Assembly (NCBI RefSeq): GCF_030684315.1 | Contig: NC_081376.1 | Span: 26,269,018-26,333,017 of the forward strand | From: Stegostoma tigrinum | Taxonomy: Eukaryota | Direction: 5' to 3' | DNA length: 64,000 nt | Shown here: positions 13,221 to 25,599 of the stretch, in pieces | How positions within the stretch are numbered: the stretch's first letter is position 1 | Layout of the letters: the number at the start of each line of letters is the position of its first letter | The notes under the pieces: model-generated | What the model saw: only the letters and a program-made list of their open reading frames with translations | Told to the model about the DNA's origin: nothing | The model's database searches: none | Translations under genes and position numbers: made by a program

Positions 13221-15014
13221 GATTCACAGTCAGTGTTTAATGATCTGTCTCAATAACAGTGGTCTTCAGAAAGGAAAAGACAAGAAGAGAAGTCAATTGT
13301 GGACTGAAAGCAAGCTCAGGAGTACTGTTGATGTAGCATTCCTGGCTCCATATCAAAGCTGACTTACCTTTTGCTGGCAGCCGCTGTTGAGTTCCCAGGT
13401 CTGAAAGCAAATTTGAAGGAATTTGTTTATATTTGTAAAGGAACTACTATCTGTTTTGTGCTGTCTCCAGGGACTCCTGATAATTTCTGACTTTAGGCTC
13501 ACCTGAAGGATAGATACAAAACGATAAAATTGTTGCTTTTTTCCAACATTTTGTGCAGAAAAAATGTGTGGGAGAGGCTCCAGATTTCTTTTTCCAACTG
13601 GGTTATTTCATCCTGAGGATGCACCCTCCTATCTGTTCAGAAATATTGCTTCTCCGTAGTCATCCTGAACAATTAAGAATAGTCTGTGAAGAATTAGTGA
13701 GTAATTCACAGAGCAAAATAAAACAAGTTCACCAAAATAAAACATCACGTTCTCCTACAATCCTACTTTCATTTTCCCCAGCTTGAAACTGGAGTCAATG
13801 TGCCATGGCTGAAGAAATGATTCCAAAAATTCTTGGACTCTTCAGAATTTGATGCCAAGGTTTTTGTTTTTGAGTCAGGCTAATTCTTGATGTTGTAATC
13901 TCAAATCCTGTCTGATAATGTCCACCCACTCAGTTTTTGTGGTGGAGAAAGGGTAGAATCAGAGACTCTGGCCCCTGAAGCAGATGGATGCAAATTTGGG
14001 TGGGCTAGCAGGCCTACCTCTCCAGACTAGCTGTCAGCCTTATTATTTATGAGATTTTTAGGCACCCTACCTTTTACCATCTAACCATATACCCACCTTC
14101 TTCATCCACTATGGGCAAAACTTATAAACTATGGCGATATTGGAAAATAATTGAGATGCTCATTTAACTGTCATAATGTGCAGGCAATCATTCAAAATCT
14201 CTTCAAGAAATGATATCCTCTAACTGCCCATAGATTTTAAGTAAAGCTCAGAATCGCCTTAACAATTTTATCAGCACCCTTGGCAGAACCAAGTCCATTT
14301 GTGTGGCTAGACTAAAAGCATTATTGTGATTTGAAATTGACCCAAACATTCATAATGGGATTCCATTGCCCAGCTGTGACAACAAACCCTCCGGAGCTGA
14401 GCACGCAAAAATATTTGATGATCATCTGCCCCATTGATTTGAAGTGTCTTACAGACTATTAATCAAAAACAAAATCACAGAGGGAAATTTGAGAGATTAA
14501 AATCTGAACCTAGATACTGTTTAATACATAAGAGCATTTTATCCACCAAATAAAGTAATGTAATACGTTTGAACATTTTCACAATGCTGGCCAATTTAAC
14601 GGTCAGTTTTCTTTTCTAGACCAAGTCCTTCATTAATCATTACTTAAAGACACTAATTTATCAAATGGCATTGCATTATGACATGGAACATCAGCACCCC
14701 TTTAAACTTACCCATCAAAGGATTCCTGACTCTTCTGAGTTGATGTGCATTATATTTCCTCCCAGAATGGTCCTAATGTTGTATAACTAACATGGAGCCT
14801 AAAATTTCCAAACACACACACCCTGGAGTTGACAATGGCAGGATCGTTGAATACAAGCTCACTGCTGACATCTTCATCCCCTGCTCTGAAAAATTCCACA
14901 AACTGGGAATAGGGAGGTGCATTGTGGAATAAGGGTTGGGTTAGGTATATAAAAAGAAACTTCAATGCCAAACTTGACATATCTCCACCCTTTTTTCAGT
15001 GTGTGTTGTTATGT

Positions 15015-15567
15015 TGAGACCAGTATTGCCCCGAGTAGTTTACATTCCTTTATCTAAGGAAAGATGGAATGGTGTTGGAGGCAGTCTGGAAAAAAGGTCC
15101 AGTAGTTGATCTGTCATATGGGATGGATTTTCTTATGAGGAGCAGATGATTAATTGGGCATGTATTCATTAGAGTTTAGAATAATGTCAGGTGTTGTTAT
15201 TGAAACATACATGATTCTAAATGACTTGACAGGGTTGATGGAGAAAGGTTATTGTTTCCTTGTGGGACCATCTAGGGCCAGGGGGTATAATCTCAGAATA
15301 AGCAGTTGACCGTTTAAGTTAAAGATGAGAAGGATTTTTTTCAGTGTAGTGAAGCTGTGGAATTCATTATCAAAGAAATCTATTGTCGCTGGGTCATTAA
15401 TTGTGTTCAAGGTTGAGGCAGAGAGATGTTAATCAGTAAGAAAATCAAGGGGAATGGGGAAAAGGCAGGACAATGGAGTTGAAGATGATCAAATCAGCTT
15501 GATGTCATTGATAGGGAGACTCAATGGGCTGGATGTGCTACTTCTGCTCCTACATCTCTGCTCTTAT
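15015..15567 (+). mobile_element. CR1 LINE 3' fragment
   Basis: Colinear with 2990-3503 (PYLRKD, LWNSL, 3'UTR). Confidence 0.85.
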
Positions 15568-15635
15568 ACAAAGCAGCTCATGCTGATGTGTTTCTGAACT
15601 CATTGCATGTTAAATAACCAAAAATTTGACCTTTA

Positions 15636-16700
15636 GGCCCAGAAATGCTTAAAAGAATGGTACACCGTCACCAATAATGTTTTAACTGTCTGTTAAGTAA
15701 CTGAGCTCACTGTAAATAATAAAAAGGGTAGCAAAGGAAATGTAACGTTGATTAAAAGATGTTCTTGTGGCTGAAATATTAACTGAATATTTTGCAACTG
15801 TCTTCACGAAAGGATAAGATGCAGCCAAAATTACAGTAAAAGAGGTAGTATAGAAATTGAATTGGATAAAAATAGATAATGAGAGGAAAAGATTGAATTG
15901 CCTCTGAAAATAGACACCAGAATTCCAACAGGATTAATTTCCTTCAGATGTTTCTGATGCAGATAGCACAACAATTTTTAACTCTGCCTGCTAATTAAAA
16001 TGATTACAGGCTGCAGGCTTCATGAGTGGCCCAGAATTGTGAGATGCTAGTGTCAATTAATGACAAACCACACTACTTAAAGCTTGTCTACACCTTTTAA
16101 AGGGGAACTGCTTTGTACCTAGAGCTGGTGCTGGAAATACTCGGGAATGGCACAACATGGAGAGAGCAGGCACTCCAAGATTTTCTGATACTACTTTGGA
16201 GGCCTCAAGTGGTACAGAATGGATGGAGACAATATACCCATAAGATGCAAGAGGCTGTCCAGACCATCTATTAGAAGGCAGTGGGATCCAATAACTCCGT
16301 GAGTCAATGCCAGGATAGCGTCCTGTAGGTATTAATGCAGTACTGCAAGAGGTTCGATGACCTTACAAGAGCAGTCAAGGTCAGTGAATGTATGTTTGAA
16401 TACCTGAACTTATGACAAAACTCATCATCCTGAAATGTTTCTCTCTCCAAAGATGCTGCGAGGCATTTCAAATTCTTCCTGTATTCTCTGTTTTTACTTT
16501 TAACATCTGCAATATTTTGCTTCTATGTCACGCACATATCGTTAGGCAAGTACACACTAGTGTCCCCCTAGGGATTGCTATTGGGGTCATTGCTGTTTTC
16601 ACATATATTCAACATGGACTTTGGGTTCGTTACAAACTTCAACTGTGTTGTATCATTCTACAATTCTTAGGGATGGGGGAGTTTTAAATTACCTCCCTCC
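15636..16700 (+). mobile_element. PIF/Harbinger remnant with a Myb/SANT-like exon (16147-16379); internal CR1 fragment at ~15740-15900
   Basis: tta|ggcccagaaat terminus; MAQHGES...PRFSDTTLEA...RRQW...VNAR...CKRFDDLTRAVK across frameshifts, then a gtcagt donor; right boundary approximate. Confidence 0.65.
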
Positions 16701-16949
16701 ATCACTCTCAATGACTCCCATTTCTACAACAGGCAAGAATAAGCGGAGGTTCAACTGAAAAGGGATTGAAAATGAACAGCTAATCTTCTCTCAAACAGTT
16801 CTTTAAATATTTTTAAAAGGTTGCGTGTCTCAAATGCTAATGGGGCTTCTACGCTTTATGGTTGTGGGATGTTTTTGCCAGTACCCAGGAGACATAACAA
16901 CTGAGAGTAGTGGAGATGGACTGGAATCAATAATTAAAAAGCCTTTTTG

Positions 16950-17215
16950 AGCTGTCTATTAGCATCCACCCCTCTCTTATCCAGCTAACTTGCACTCTCT
17001 CCATCATCTAAACACCCTGATCCAACATTCAAAGTACTCCCATGATCCACTAAAAAATTCCACTCTGCTCCAACCAATCCCCACAGCCTGCAGTCTCTTC
17101 AATGTCTTACAGTCTCTTACCTCATTATGCATCTCTTCCTAGCTTGGAATCTCTCCTGAACCAGACTTTCCCTATCATACAAACTCTTCAAATTCCTTCC
17201 AAACAAGCCTAATTG
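16950..17215 (+). mobile_element. L2-like LINE 3' fragment
   Basis: Pyrimidine-rich decayed ORF2 end with a tggaatctctcc (WNSL-like) motif. Confidence 0.4.
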
Positions 17216-18326
17216 CCGAAGTCAGTTCTCAGTCTGGTTGCTGAAGGAAGAGGCGGCGGGGGAGGGGGATACACACAAATGAGAACATGCTGTTAAATTG
17301 AATGAGATATCAGATTACTTTTTTGGGCTTCCTGGCCACTACACCCCACTGCTCCCTGTCTAACTCCTTATCAGTATTGGGGTCCAAGATACAAACAGAA
17401 CAGAAGCAACATGCAGACATAGAGATATACAGTTCTGTTCTCGGCATTGGTTGGGGATGGTTTCTCATTTATAACTGGAAATAAGTGAGATACAAAAACT
17501 GAAAACCATATTCTGAAAAAAGTAGAATTTACAGCTGTTTCACCATTTCAAACTCTTATTAGATTTGTAACCCTATATGAAGTAGACAGAATCATTGTTT
17601 GGAGAGATTATGCACAGAAAAGTGAATAGTTTAACTTGAGTAGCAATTAATGCATTTTATAAATTAGACCATAGAAGAGTTGAAAGGATACTTGGATACA
17701 AAAGTGGCAATTTACTCTTCTGTGCGTGACACGCTGTGAAGAAGCAGTGCAGGAATACTTCAAATCATTTGTGTTCTCATGTATAATATTTAGAATGCGA
17801 CCCAGTGCTGGACAAAATTGCTGTTATTACTTAAATGGATTTTTCTGGTAGAAGTGAGTTCCTCAGCAATATGTTCAAACAGTTTCTTTAATAATACACA
17901 TGGTAGCTATTCTGTAGGTTATGTCACATCTGTGATAAATGTTGCTTTTTTTCCCTTAGTCTGCTAATTTGAGCAAAAAATGTAGTTTAGTTTTGAGCAC
18001 TGCTCATACTGTATGGTTACAGCTACTTTTTTTTGCAAAATAGGACAAATATAGAGGAAAATGTAGCCCATGTGCAAAAATTTAAAGATCAATACCAATT
18101 CTGTTTTATATACATTGATATCTTGCTCTGAGTTGAAGTACATACCTTTGTTTTAAACTGATGTGGGACAGAGTCAGTGATTTTTGACATTTGGTTAAAT
18201 GTGCATGATGTCGGCCAAATGACAACAAGTCTCTCTTGCCAAAAAATGTTACCTGATGATCCAAACCATCTTCAGTTGTTTTAGCTCCTTGGTTATGGGA
18301 AGGTTGGAAATTAACTGAGGCTGAAA

Positions 18327-18665
18327 GTGTGGAAGCAGGACATTCGGCCCTGTGAGTCCATACTGACCCTTCTGAACAGCCCTCTACTCAGACCCACGCC
18401 CTACCCTATCCCTGTTACCCTGCATTTCCTGTGGCTAAACCACCTAGGCTGCACATCCCTGGACGCTATGGGCAACTTAGCATGGCCAATCCACCTAATC
18501 TGCACATTTTTTGACTATGGGAGGAAATGGAAGCGCGCAGAGGAAACCGACACAGATGCAGGGCAAATGTGTAAACTCCACGCAGGCAGCCACCTGAGGG
18601 TGTAATCAAACCTGAGTCCCTGGCACTCTAAGGCAGCAGTGCTAAATACTGAGAGCCACTATGCC
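18327..18665 (-). mobile_element. HE1-type V-SINE (elasmobranch tRNA-derived SINE with a CR1-derived tail)
   Basis: Reverse strand: tRNA-like head, V-domain gtggagtttacacatttgccctgcatctgtgtcggtttcctc...cctcccatagtc, tail gggccgaatgtcctgcttccacac. Confidence 0.85.
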
Positions 18666-19289
18666 TGTCCAGTTCAGGCTGTGAGGAGTTAACAGGCCAG
18701 TGGATCTCTGCACTGGACAAAATTCAGCCCCTATGATTCCCCTGAAAAACACAACCAACTTTAAGAAACTGGGGGTATTTTGAGGGGTGACCACAGGATT
18801 GTTTTTTACAGCAATCATTGCTTAGGCCGCTGTCTGCCTGGTACGAATATGTGGAGGAGCAGAATCATAGCTTCAAGATATCTCCTGCTAAAAGTTGCAT
18901 GAACCGCTAATGGCAGACACTTGCATCCAATACTAAATATTAATAACAAAGTAGAACAACAAAGGTATTGCAGCAAGTAAGTGTGACACCAGAGGAAATG
19001 TGAGTTAATTGCTTGACAAAGAAAGGTTTTAATACTATCTACAACTTTTGATTCAGTTATTTTCCAGAAATTAGGTGGTTTATTTTTGGAGAGAAATCAT
19101 TTATTTATAGATGTCTGTTCTTTTGAGCTAGACATCACTGTCCCTGAATGATCACATTTTTTGATTAAAGCCTAAAGTTGAAGAATGTTCAAAATTGATC
19201 AATTTGACGCAATGGCATTTGAACTGGTACCCAGGAAATATGCCAATAATGTAAGTATGTAGCATTAAGAATCTTTAAATCTTTTCATG

Positions 19290-19625
19290 GAATCATAAAG
19301 ACTGAGTGGGAGGACACTCAGCCTATTAAGCTTGCGCTGGCTCAGTGAAAGATCTTTCCCATTAGGTCCAATTCCCTGCTCTTTCTACACAACTCCGCAA
19401 ATTCTCCAGTTCAAAAATATATCCAATTTCCTGTTGTAAGTTCCACTTTGCTTTAAGCATTCCATTCCAGATCACAATACCCTAATTCTGGTGATTTTAT
19501 CAACTCTCTGACTCTTTTACAATTATCTTAACTGTGATCTCAAGTGACCACCGTTATTCCAATGGAATCAGTTCTTCCTTTACAGGAATTTAAATTGGTC
19601 ATGATTTTGAATACATCAACTAAAA
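19290..19625 (-). mobile_element. Old CR1 3' end fragment
   Basis: Reverse CR1 3'UTR pattern (aatcat...ggaggacactcagccta...cattccagatc). Confidence 0.5.
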
Positions 19626-20517
19626 CCTTGTGTTAAATATCAAGACTGGGTTCTTACTCCTGGGCTGTGAATTTAAGTTGAGACACCTTCCTTGCTATGT
19701 GAACCTGCCTTGGGATAATATTCTCAACAGTTCAGAGCTTTGCTCTGAGTGCGGGGGAAGGGTAGTTGGGTTTCATCCTCCTTCTACCTATGTCCCCTCG
19801 CCCCGTCCCAAAAAAAGAGGTTACAGAATGCCAGATGCAGAGTGAGAGTCGAGCTGAAGGCTGGTTGCAGTGGTCTGTCTCTTCCCAGCTGTAGGAAAAG
19901 AACAAAATATTCCCCAGGTCCTTGCCTACCCCTATCCTTGTGCCTCATCCATGCCAGCTGATGTCTGTCTATCCACTATCCTGGTGTCTCACTCCCTGTA
20001 TCTTCTACTCACCTGTAATAGCCCTTATGCCAGATTAAGGCAACTCATGCCAGTTCATTCCCCTATTCACCATTTTTCCACTCACCAAGTATTTGACATT
20101 GGCAGGTTTCAGAACCCCAATTATTACTAAATAAAGTTCTAAAGTGCCTATCAATAAAAGCACAATTTTAAAGAAGTTCTCCCTTCTGTCACTCCTCCAT
20201 TTTTGGGAGATATTTCAATTGCTGTAATCTATTCTCTATCTCTCAGTTTACAGTATAAAAATGCCTCTCATCCTTCAAGCTAGCTTTTGGTCGCTTTTTC
20301 TAATGTAAATCGCCTTGTTCAGCTTACAATTCCTTTCTATGTTTCTTAATAGTGGCTAAACATATTTCTAAGAGGACAGTATTGAATTTTAAATGCTTGT
20401 TCTCCTTGTAGTTGTTCTCCACGTTGTCACAAAGAACAACTATGATTGTTATAGTTTCCTGAGTTGTGCAACAATTTGAAGTATGTTTTCTTGCTGCTTT
20501 AGGGTGGAATCTGGACC

Positions 20518-21407
20518 AGAACATAAGAACTAGGAGCAGGAGTAGGCCATTCAGCCCTTTGAGCCTTCTCCACCATTCATTAAGATCATGGTTGATCTTT
20601 TCGTGGACTCAGATCCCTTACACATGGTCTCACCGTATCCCTTAATTCCTTTATTGTTCAAAAAAAATCTACCTTAGTTTAAAAAACATTTTCTGAAGTA
20701 GCGTCAACTACTTCACTGGGCAAGGAATTGTATAGATTAACAACTCTCTGGGTGAAGAAGTTCCTTCTCAATTAAATCTGCTCCCTCTAATCTTGAGGCT
20801 ATGGCCTCTTATCCTAGCTTCACCTGCCAGTGGGAACATCCTCTCTACTTCTATCTTATCTATTCCCTTCATAATTTTATATGTGTCTATAAGATCCCCC
20901 CCTCAATCTTCTGAATTCCAATGAATATAATCCCAATCTACTTAGTCTCTCTTTATAAGCCAACCCTCTCAGCTCCAGAATCAACCTAGTGAACCTCCTC
21001 TGCACCCCCTCCAGTGCAAGTACATCCTTCCTCAAGTAAGGAGACCAAAACTGCACACAGTACTCTAGGTGTGGCCTCACCCGCAGCTTGTACAGCTGGA
21101 ACATAACCTCCCTGCTTTTAAACTCAATCCCTTTAGCAATGAAGGACAAAATTACATTTGCCATTCTAATTACTTGTTGTACCTGCAGACCAACCTTCTG
21201 TGATTCCTGCACAAGGACACCCAGGTTCCTCTGCATAGCAGCATGCTGCAACTTTTTACCATTCAAGTAATAATCACTTATACTATTACTCCTACCAAAA
21301 AGTATGATTTCGCATTTATTTATATTGTATTCCATCTGCCAGACCTTTGCCCACTCACTCAATTTATCTATGTTCCTCTGTAAAGTTTCGCAGTCCTCTG
21401 CACACTT
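20518..21407 (-). mobile_element. CR1 LINE 3' portion, relatively young
   Basis: ORF 20877..21362(-) WAKVWQMEYN...RPHLEYCVQFWSPYLRKD...LYSLEFRRLRG; tail ttcttatgttct. Confidence 0.95.
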
Positions 21408-21660
21408 TAAAAGACCGGCATATTGTGCATGAGTGATTATGATTCTGGAACTGTTTCCAAGCGCTGAAAGTTAATGTTTGTGGGACATCTAATTAAGTGA
21501 TTCAATCAATTCTTTATCACTGGATGTGCCAATTTCCACTGATTTGTGGAGATGTATTCTATTGCTTATGTACTAAATAATGGCAGTCTAACACTTAGAT
21601 TTTCAATCTGTGTCATAGATACTAACAATTTGAGAGGTATTGCTCTGCCCCCAATTATTA

Positions 21661-21757
21661 CTGAGGAAGGGTCACTGGACCAAAAACATTAATTCTGTTT
21701 TCTCCTCCACAGATACTACCAGATCTGCTGAGCTTTTCCAGCAACTTTGTTTTTGGT
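21661..21757 (+). mobile_element. Solo Penelope pLTR-type insert (third family) with a degenerate hammerhead and 15-bp TSD
   Basis: ctgaggaagggtcactggacc-aaaaacatt core; cccaattattactga repeated at 21650-21664 and 21758-21772. Confidence 0.75.
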
Positions 21758-22679
21758 CCCAATTATTACTGACTGGCTATGATGCCTTATGCAATCCAAG
21801 AATTGTGATCAATGTCTCCAACTCTTAATTTTCCCTATTCTGTTATATATGGCAGGATTACATGGATGTTATTATTGAATCAAAGAGTGGTTACAGACAG
21901 AGGATACTATTTGGTCCATTGTGTCTGTACTTACTCTCTCCGCAAACAATTTAACTTGTTCCATCATCACTGTGGAGGTGCCATTGATCCACACAAGGCA
22001 CACTCCCACAATACCATCACCACCGAGGCTGACTGCCTAATCATTCCTGCTTTCTCATCTCGGTGAGAAATTGGACTCTCAACCCTTGCCTGCCTTCCTA
22101 AGCTAGCCGCTTTACATCATTAGCAGTGTAATTTTGGGTCAGTTGGCTTGTTATCAAATTGAGTCATCCATTCATGACGTTTTTAAAGAAGGTGGGTGAG
22201 CTGCTGATTTAAGTGGAAATGAAATTATGGAAGCTTAACTTGTTGACATCAGATTCGTGGCATGTAGAGTTAATGCAGGATGACAGTTATCCCAATTTTC
22301 AAACGCAAATTTTTGGCCCTTCAGAGAAGAATTAGCGCCTAACTTGGAAAAAAATCTGAGAAAGACAGAAATTTTAATCTGGGATGGTAAAGAAGATTTT
22401 GCTGGCTAGAAGTGGGTGATTTAGCACAAAGAAAATTTGCAACAATTTCAGGAAATTATCTTTGGACAGTCTTTCAATTGTTCCCAGAATGCCCTATTTC
22501 TCTAAGTATTACAGAGCCTCTTCTGCCCCATGGAATGAAAACAGCACTTTACTCATGACAGTGAGTTATCAGTGTTCCTTCTCTTGTATATTAGACTGTC
22601 AGACTTGCATTGCCACTTGCTGTATTTGTGAATTATAGTCCTTTCACACTTGTGGATGAACATCAGTAACTAATTGTCA

Positions 22680-23860
22680 ACAGATATTCTGTGTGACTGA
22701 AGGACATATCTACCAAACTGGACTTGCAGCAAGCGCTAGGGGAACCAACATGAAGAAAGGAAAACTTATTTGACCGCATCATCATCAATCTGCTTGTCAC
22801 AGAATCATCTGTCTGTGATAGCATTGAAAAGAATCACCACTGCACAGTCCTCATGGAAACCAAGCTCTGCCTTCACACTGAGAGCACTCTCCATCATTTT
22901 GTGTGGCACCACTACACTAAGTGTGTTACATTAAACCTATTGAGCTGCTCAAAACAGGGCATTCAGAAACTACTGTGGGCCATTGGCACTGCCAAATTGA
23001 ATATCTCCATAATCTTTAACCTCTTGGAATGATATAACTCTCATTCTACCATCACCATCAAGACAAATTTCCAAGCTTGGTTCAAAGGGGAATGTAGAAG
23101 AATTTGCCAGGAGAAGCCGGAAGTCTAACTACAGATCTACCTAGTGAAGCTGGAACGTAGGATGATATTGATGACATTTTTGTTGCCTTAGCAGTGATCT
23201 CAACAAATGAAGTCAAAGCTCTGCAGTCATTGTACAATCAGCCTCCATGGTTGTGAACAAGTAACAGGAATAGGAAGCATCATGAGTATGCCCTATCGTT
23301 AAGGATGGTCAAAATCAGTTTGTAAATATAAAAGACAAGGGTGTAAGCTTCACAGATAACACGGTATACAGCTGGATGAACACAGCAGGTCAAGCAGCAC
23401 CAGAAGACCAGGAAAGCTGACGTTTCAGGTCAGGACCCTTCTTCAGAAAATAAGCTTCACAACTATCTGAGGTTATAACTGTCAAGCGAATTTTCTTTTT
23501 TTGACTTTCTGCTGAGGTCCCCACCATCATAAATGCAAGCCTTCATCCAATTTGGTTCACTACACTGAAAGACTTCTCTTCTTTGAGCACAACAAAGGTT
23601 AGCATCCCAGGCGACATTGTTTTTCTATTGTCCTGATTTTCTGTGTTCTTGAGATACACTCCGTTAGCTGACATGGTTTGAGCATAGCTACAGTACTAAC
23701 ATCCAATCAATTTTGTGGTAAATTTCTGTTGTACATCTTACGAAACAGAACAAATCCAAGCTGTACAACGTATTCCCATTAACCTGCTCCCAATCTTCAC
23801 TGAAATAGATGGGAAGAATCTGCTACAGAGTGATCGAATGTAACTTATTCACTGGTTTTC
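22680..23860 (+). mobile_element. CR1/L2-like LINE (end of APE endonuclease to start of RT), decayed, interrupted by a PLE insert
   Basis: LDLQQ..EPT..GK.L.DRIIINLLV.ESSVCDSIEKNHHCTVL resembles the PTRG.NLLDL...SDH endonuclease motif. Confidence 0.7.
23355..23450 (-). mobile_element. Solo Penelope pLTR arm (subfamily B) with hammerhead and 11-bp TSD
   Basis: Reverse strand ctgaagaagggtcctgacctgaaacgtcag; taagcttcaca at 23344-23354 and 23451-23461. Confidence 0.85.
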
Positions 23861-23919
23861 TGCTTCCAATTTTCAATGTTGGTTCAGAGTATTTCAGAGT
23901 CAACTCAGAATAAGAGCAG

Positions 23920-24145
23920 TCCAAAATCGGACTGAGATAAGGAAGAATAAAATTCTCTGCCCAGAAGACTGGGCATTCAATTGTTGAGTGTGTTCATAAC
24001 TGATGCTGACAAATTTCTGCATTTGAAAAACATACAGTGCTATGGGGATAGTGCATTATAAGGATATTGGTGATAATATCATTGAATGGTAGAATGAGCC
24101 CAAAGAGCTGAATGGCCTATTCTGTTCCGATTTCTTATGTTCTGC
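23920..24145 (+). mobile_element. CR1 3' end
   Basis: cattgaatggtagaatgagcccaaagagctgaatggcctattctgttccgatttcttatgttct. Confidence 0.75.
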
Positions 24146-24309
24146 AAGAACAAGTAGGCTCTAGTATTCATTACAATCTTGGTCCAAAGATGGGCACAAT
24201 GCTTGAATTCTGGAGGTGAGGCGAGAATGACAACCCTTGGGATGAAAACAGGGTTTCATCAAGTTTTGCACAAAGGACCCCTGGCAAAATTTGCATGTCT
24301 TTATTCTTT

Positions 24310-24870
24310 CATGGGATGTGTGTATCCCTGGCAATGCCAGCATCTATTATTCATCCCAAAATGTCTTTGAACGAAGTGGTTTGCTGGGTCAGAGGGCAGT
24401 TAAGAACCAGCCGTATTGTTGAGGAGTTAAAATCACAGGTAGACCAGGTAAGAATGACAGATTTCCTTCCCAAAAAGTACATCAGTTAACTATATTGGTT
24501 TTTACGATGACTAAAAAGCATATCAGATTTCTACCATTATCATTCTAGATATTTTATTCATGGAATTTGAATTACACCAGCTGTTATGGTGGGATTTGAA
24601 CTCATGTTTGAGTTTATTTTACTTCATTCGTGAGCTACAGGTGTCACTGGCTAGGTCAGCATTTATTGCCCATCCTTAATTGTTCAGAAGGCAGTGAAGA
24701 GTCAACCACATTGCTGTGGATCTGGAGTCACATGAAGGCTAGACCAAGTAAGGATGGCAGTTTTCCTTCTAAAAGGGCATTAGTGAAGCAGATGGGTTTT
24801 CCTGATAATCGACAATGGATTCATGGTCATTATTAGACCCAGATTCTTTACTGAATTCAAATTCTACCAA
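24310..24870 (-). mobile_element. Two adjacent tRNA-derived SINE copies (24310-24605 and 24625-24870)
   Basis: Both colinear with the SINE at 55449-55803; B-box remnant gggatttgaac near 24591. Confidence 0.8.
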
Positions 24871-25599
24871 TGACCAGCCAGGAAGCGGGGTAGGTGTAGG
24901 CTCAGGTAGACAGGTTTGCTGAGGGCCTGGGGAGATGTGACACTGATGGGGTTCACAGGGGATCTAGATAATTGGGGTCTTACTGACACATAGAGGTGGA
25001 GTCAGGAAGCCAACGGCTGAAGAACATCCTCTGTTGCCTTCCATCAGGCTGGGAATCAAAAGTGGGCTGGGAATCAAAAGTGCACAATGGAAGGGAACTG
25101 GCTGCAACCACAATCAATGGGGACATGTGAGTATCTGGACCTGGCTGTGAGGACTTCAAAGGGAATAAAAGCTATGCATACACCCATGCACTTTTCATAA
25201 CACAGATCCGATGAGTCCCTAATGCCTGCTTTTTCAAGTAAATTAATTCCCCGTATGCTGTACACCTCTCTGCCCCAGACATTACTGACCACCTCATCCT
25301 CATTGGTATTTGTAGACAATTGGCCAAGGAAAGGGTAGGGATGTTTTAGAATGAGGTGAATTGCTGTCAGCAGATCCTGAATATGCCTTATTCTTCTTGT
25401 TTTCAAATGTTACAGCAGGCTCTCAACAGAGACATTGATGCATGATACATCCTGTGTGGACATGATGTTATGCTGGCACAGTTATATTTGGGGTACACAT
25501 ACACTCAATCACACACATGTTGAGTCAGCACAATAAAATTTACATAAATTTGTAAATTCACATACAGTGCCATACAACCTGTAATACCACGGCATTATT

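Noticed and set aside
19130-19256. Candidate host exon ending at gtaagt (19251)
   Set aside because: Stops in all three frames from the nearest acceptor; no recognisable protein
19660-20160. Possible solo LTR (two aataaa near the end)
   Set aside because: No clear TG...CA termini, TSD or second copy in the window
25047-25082. ggctgggaatcaaaagtg tandem duplication
   Set aside because: Simple two-copy slippage duplication; not an array
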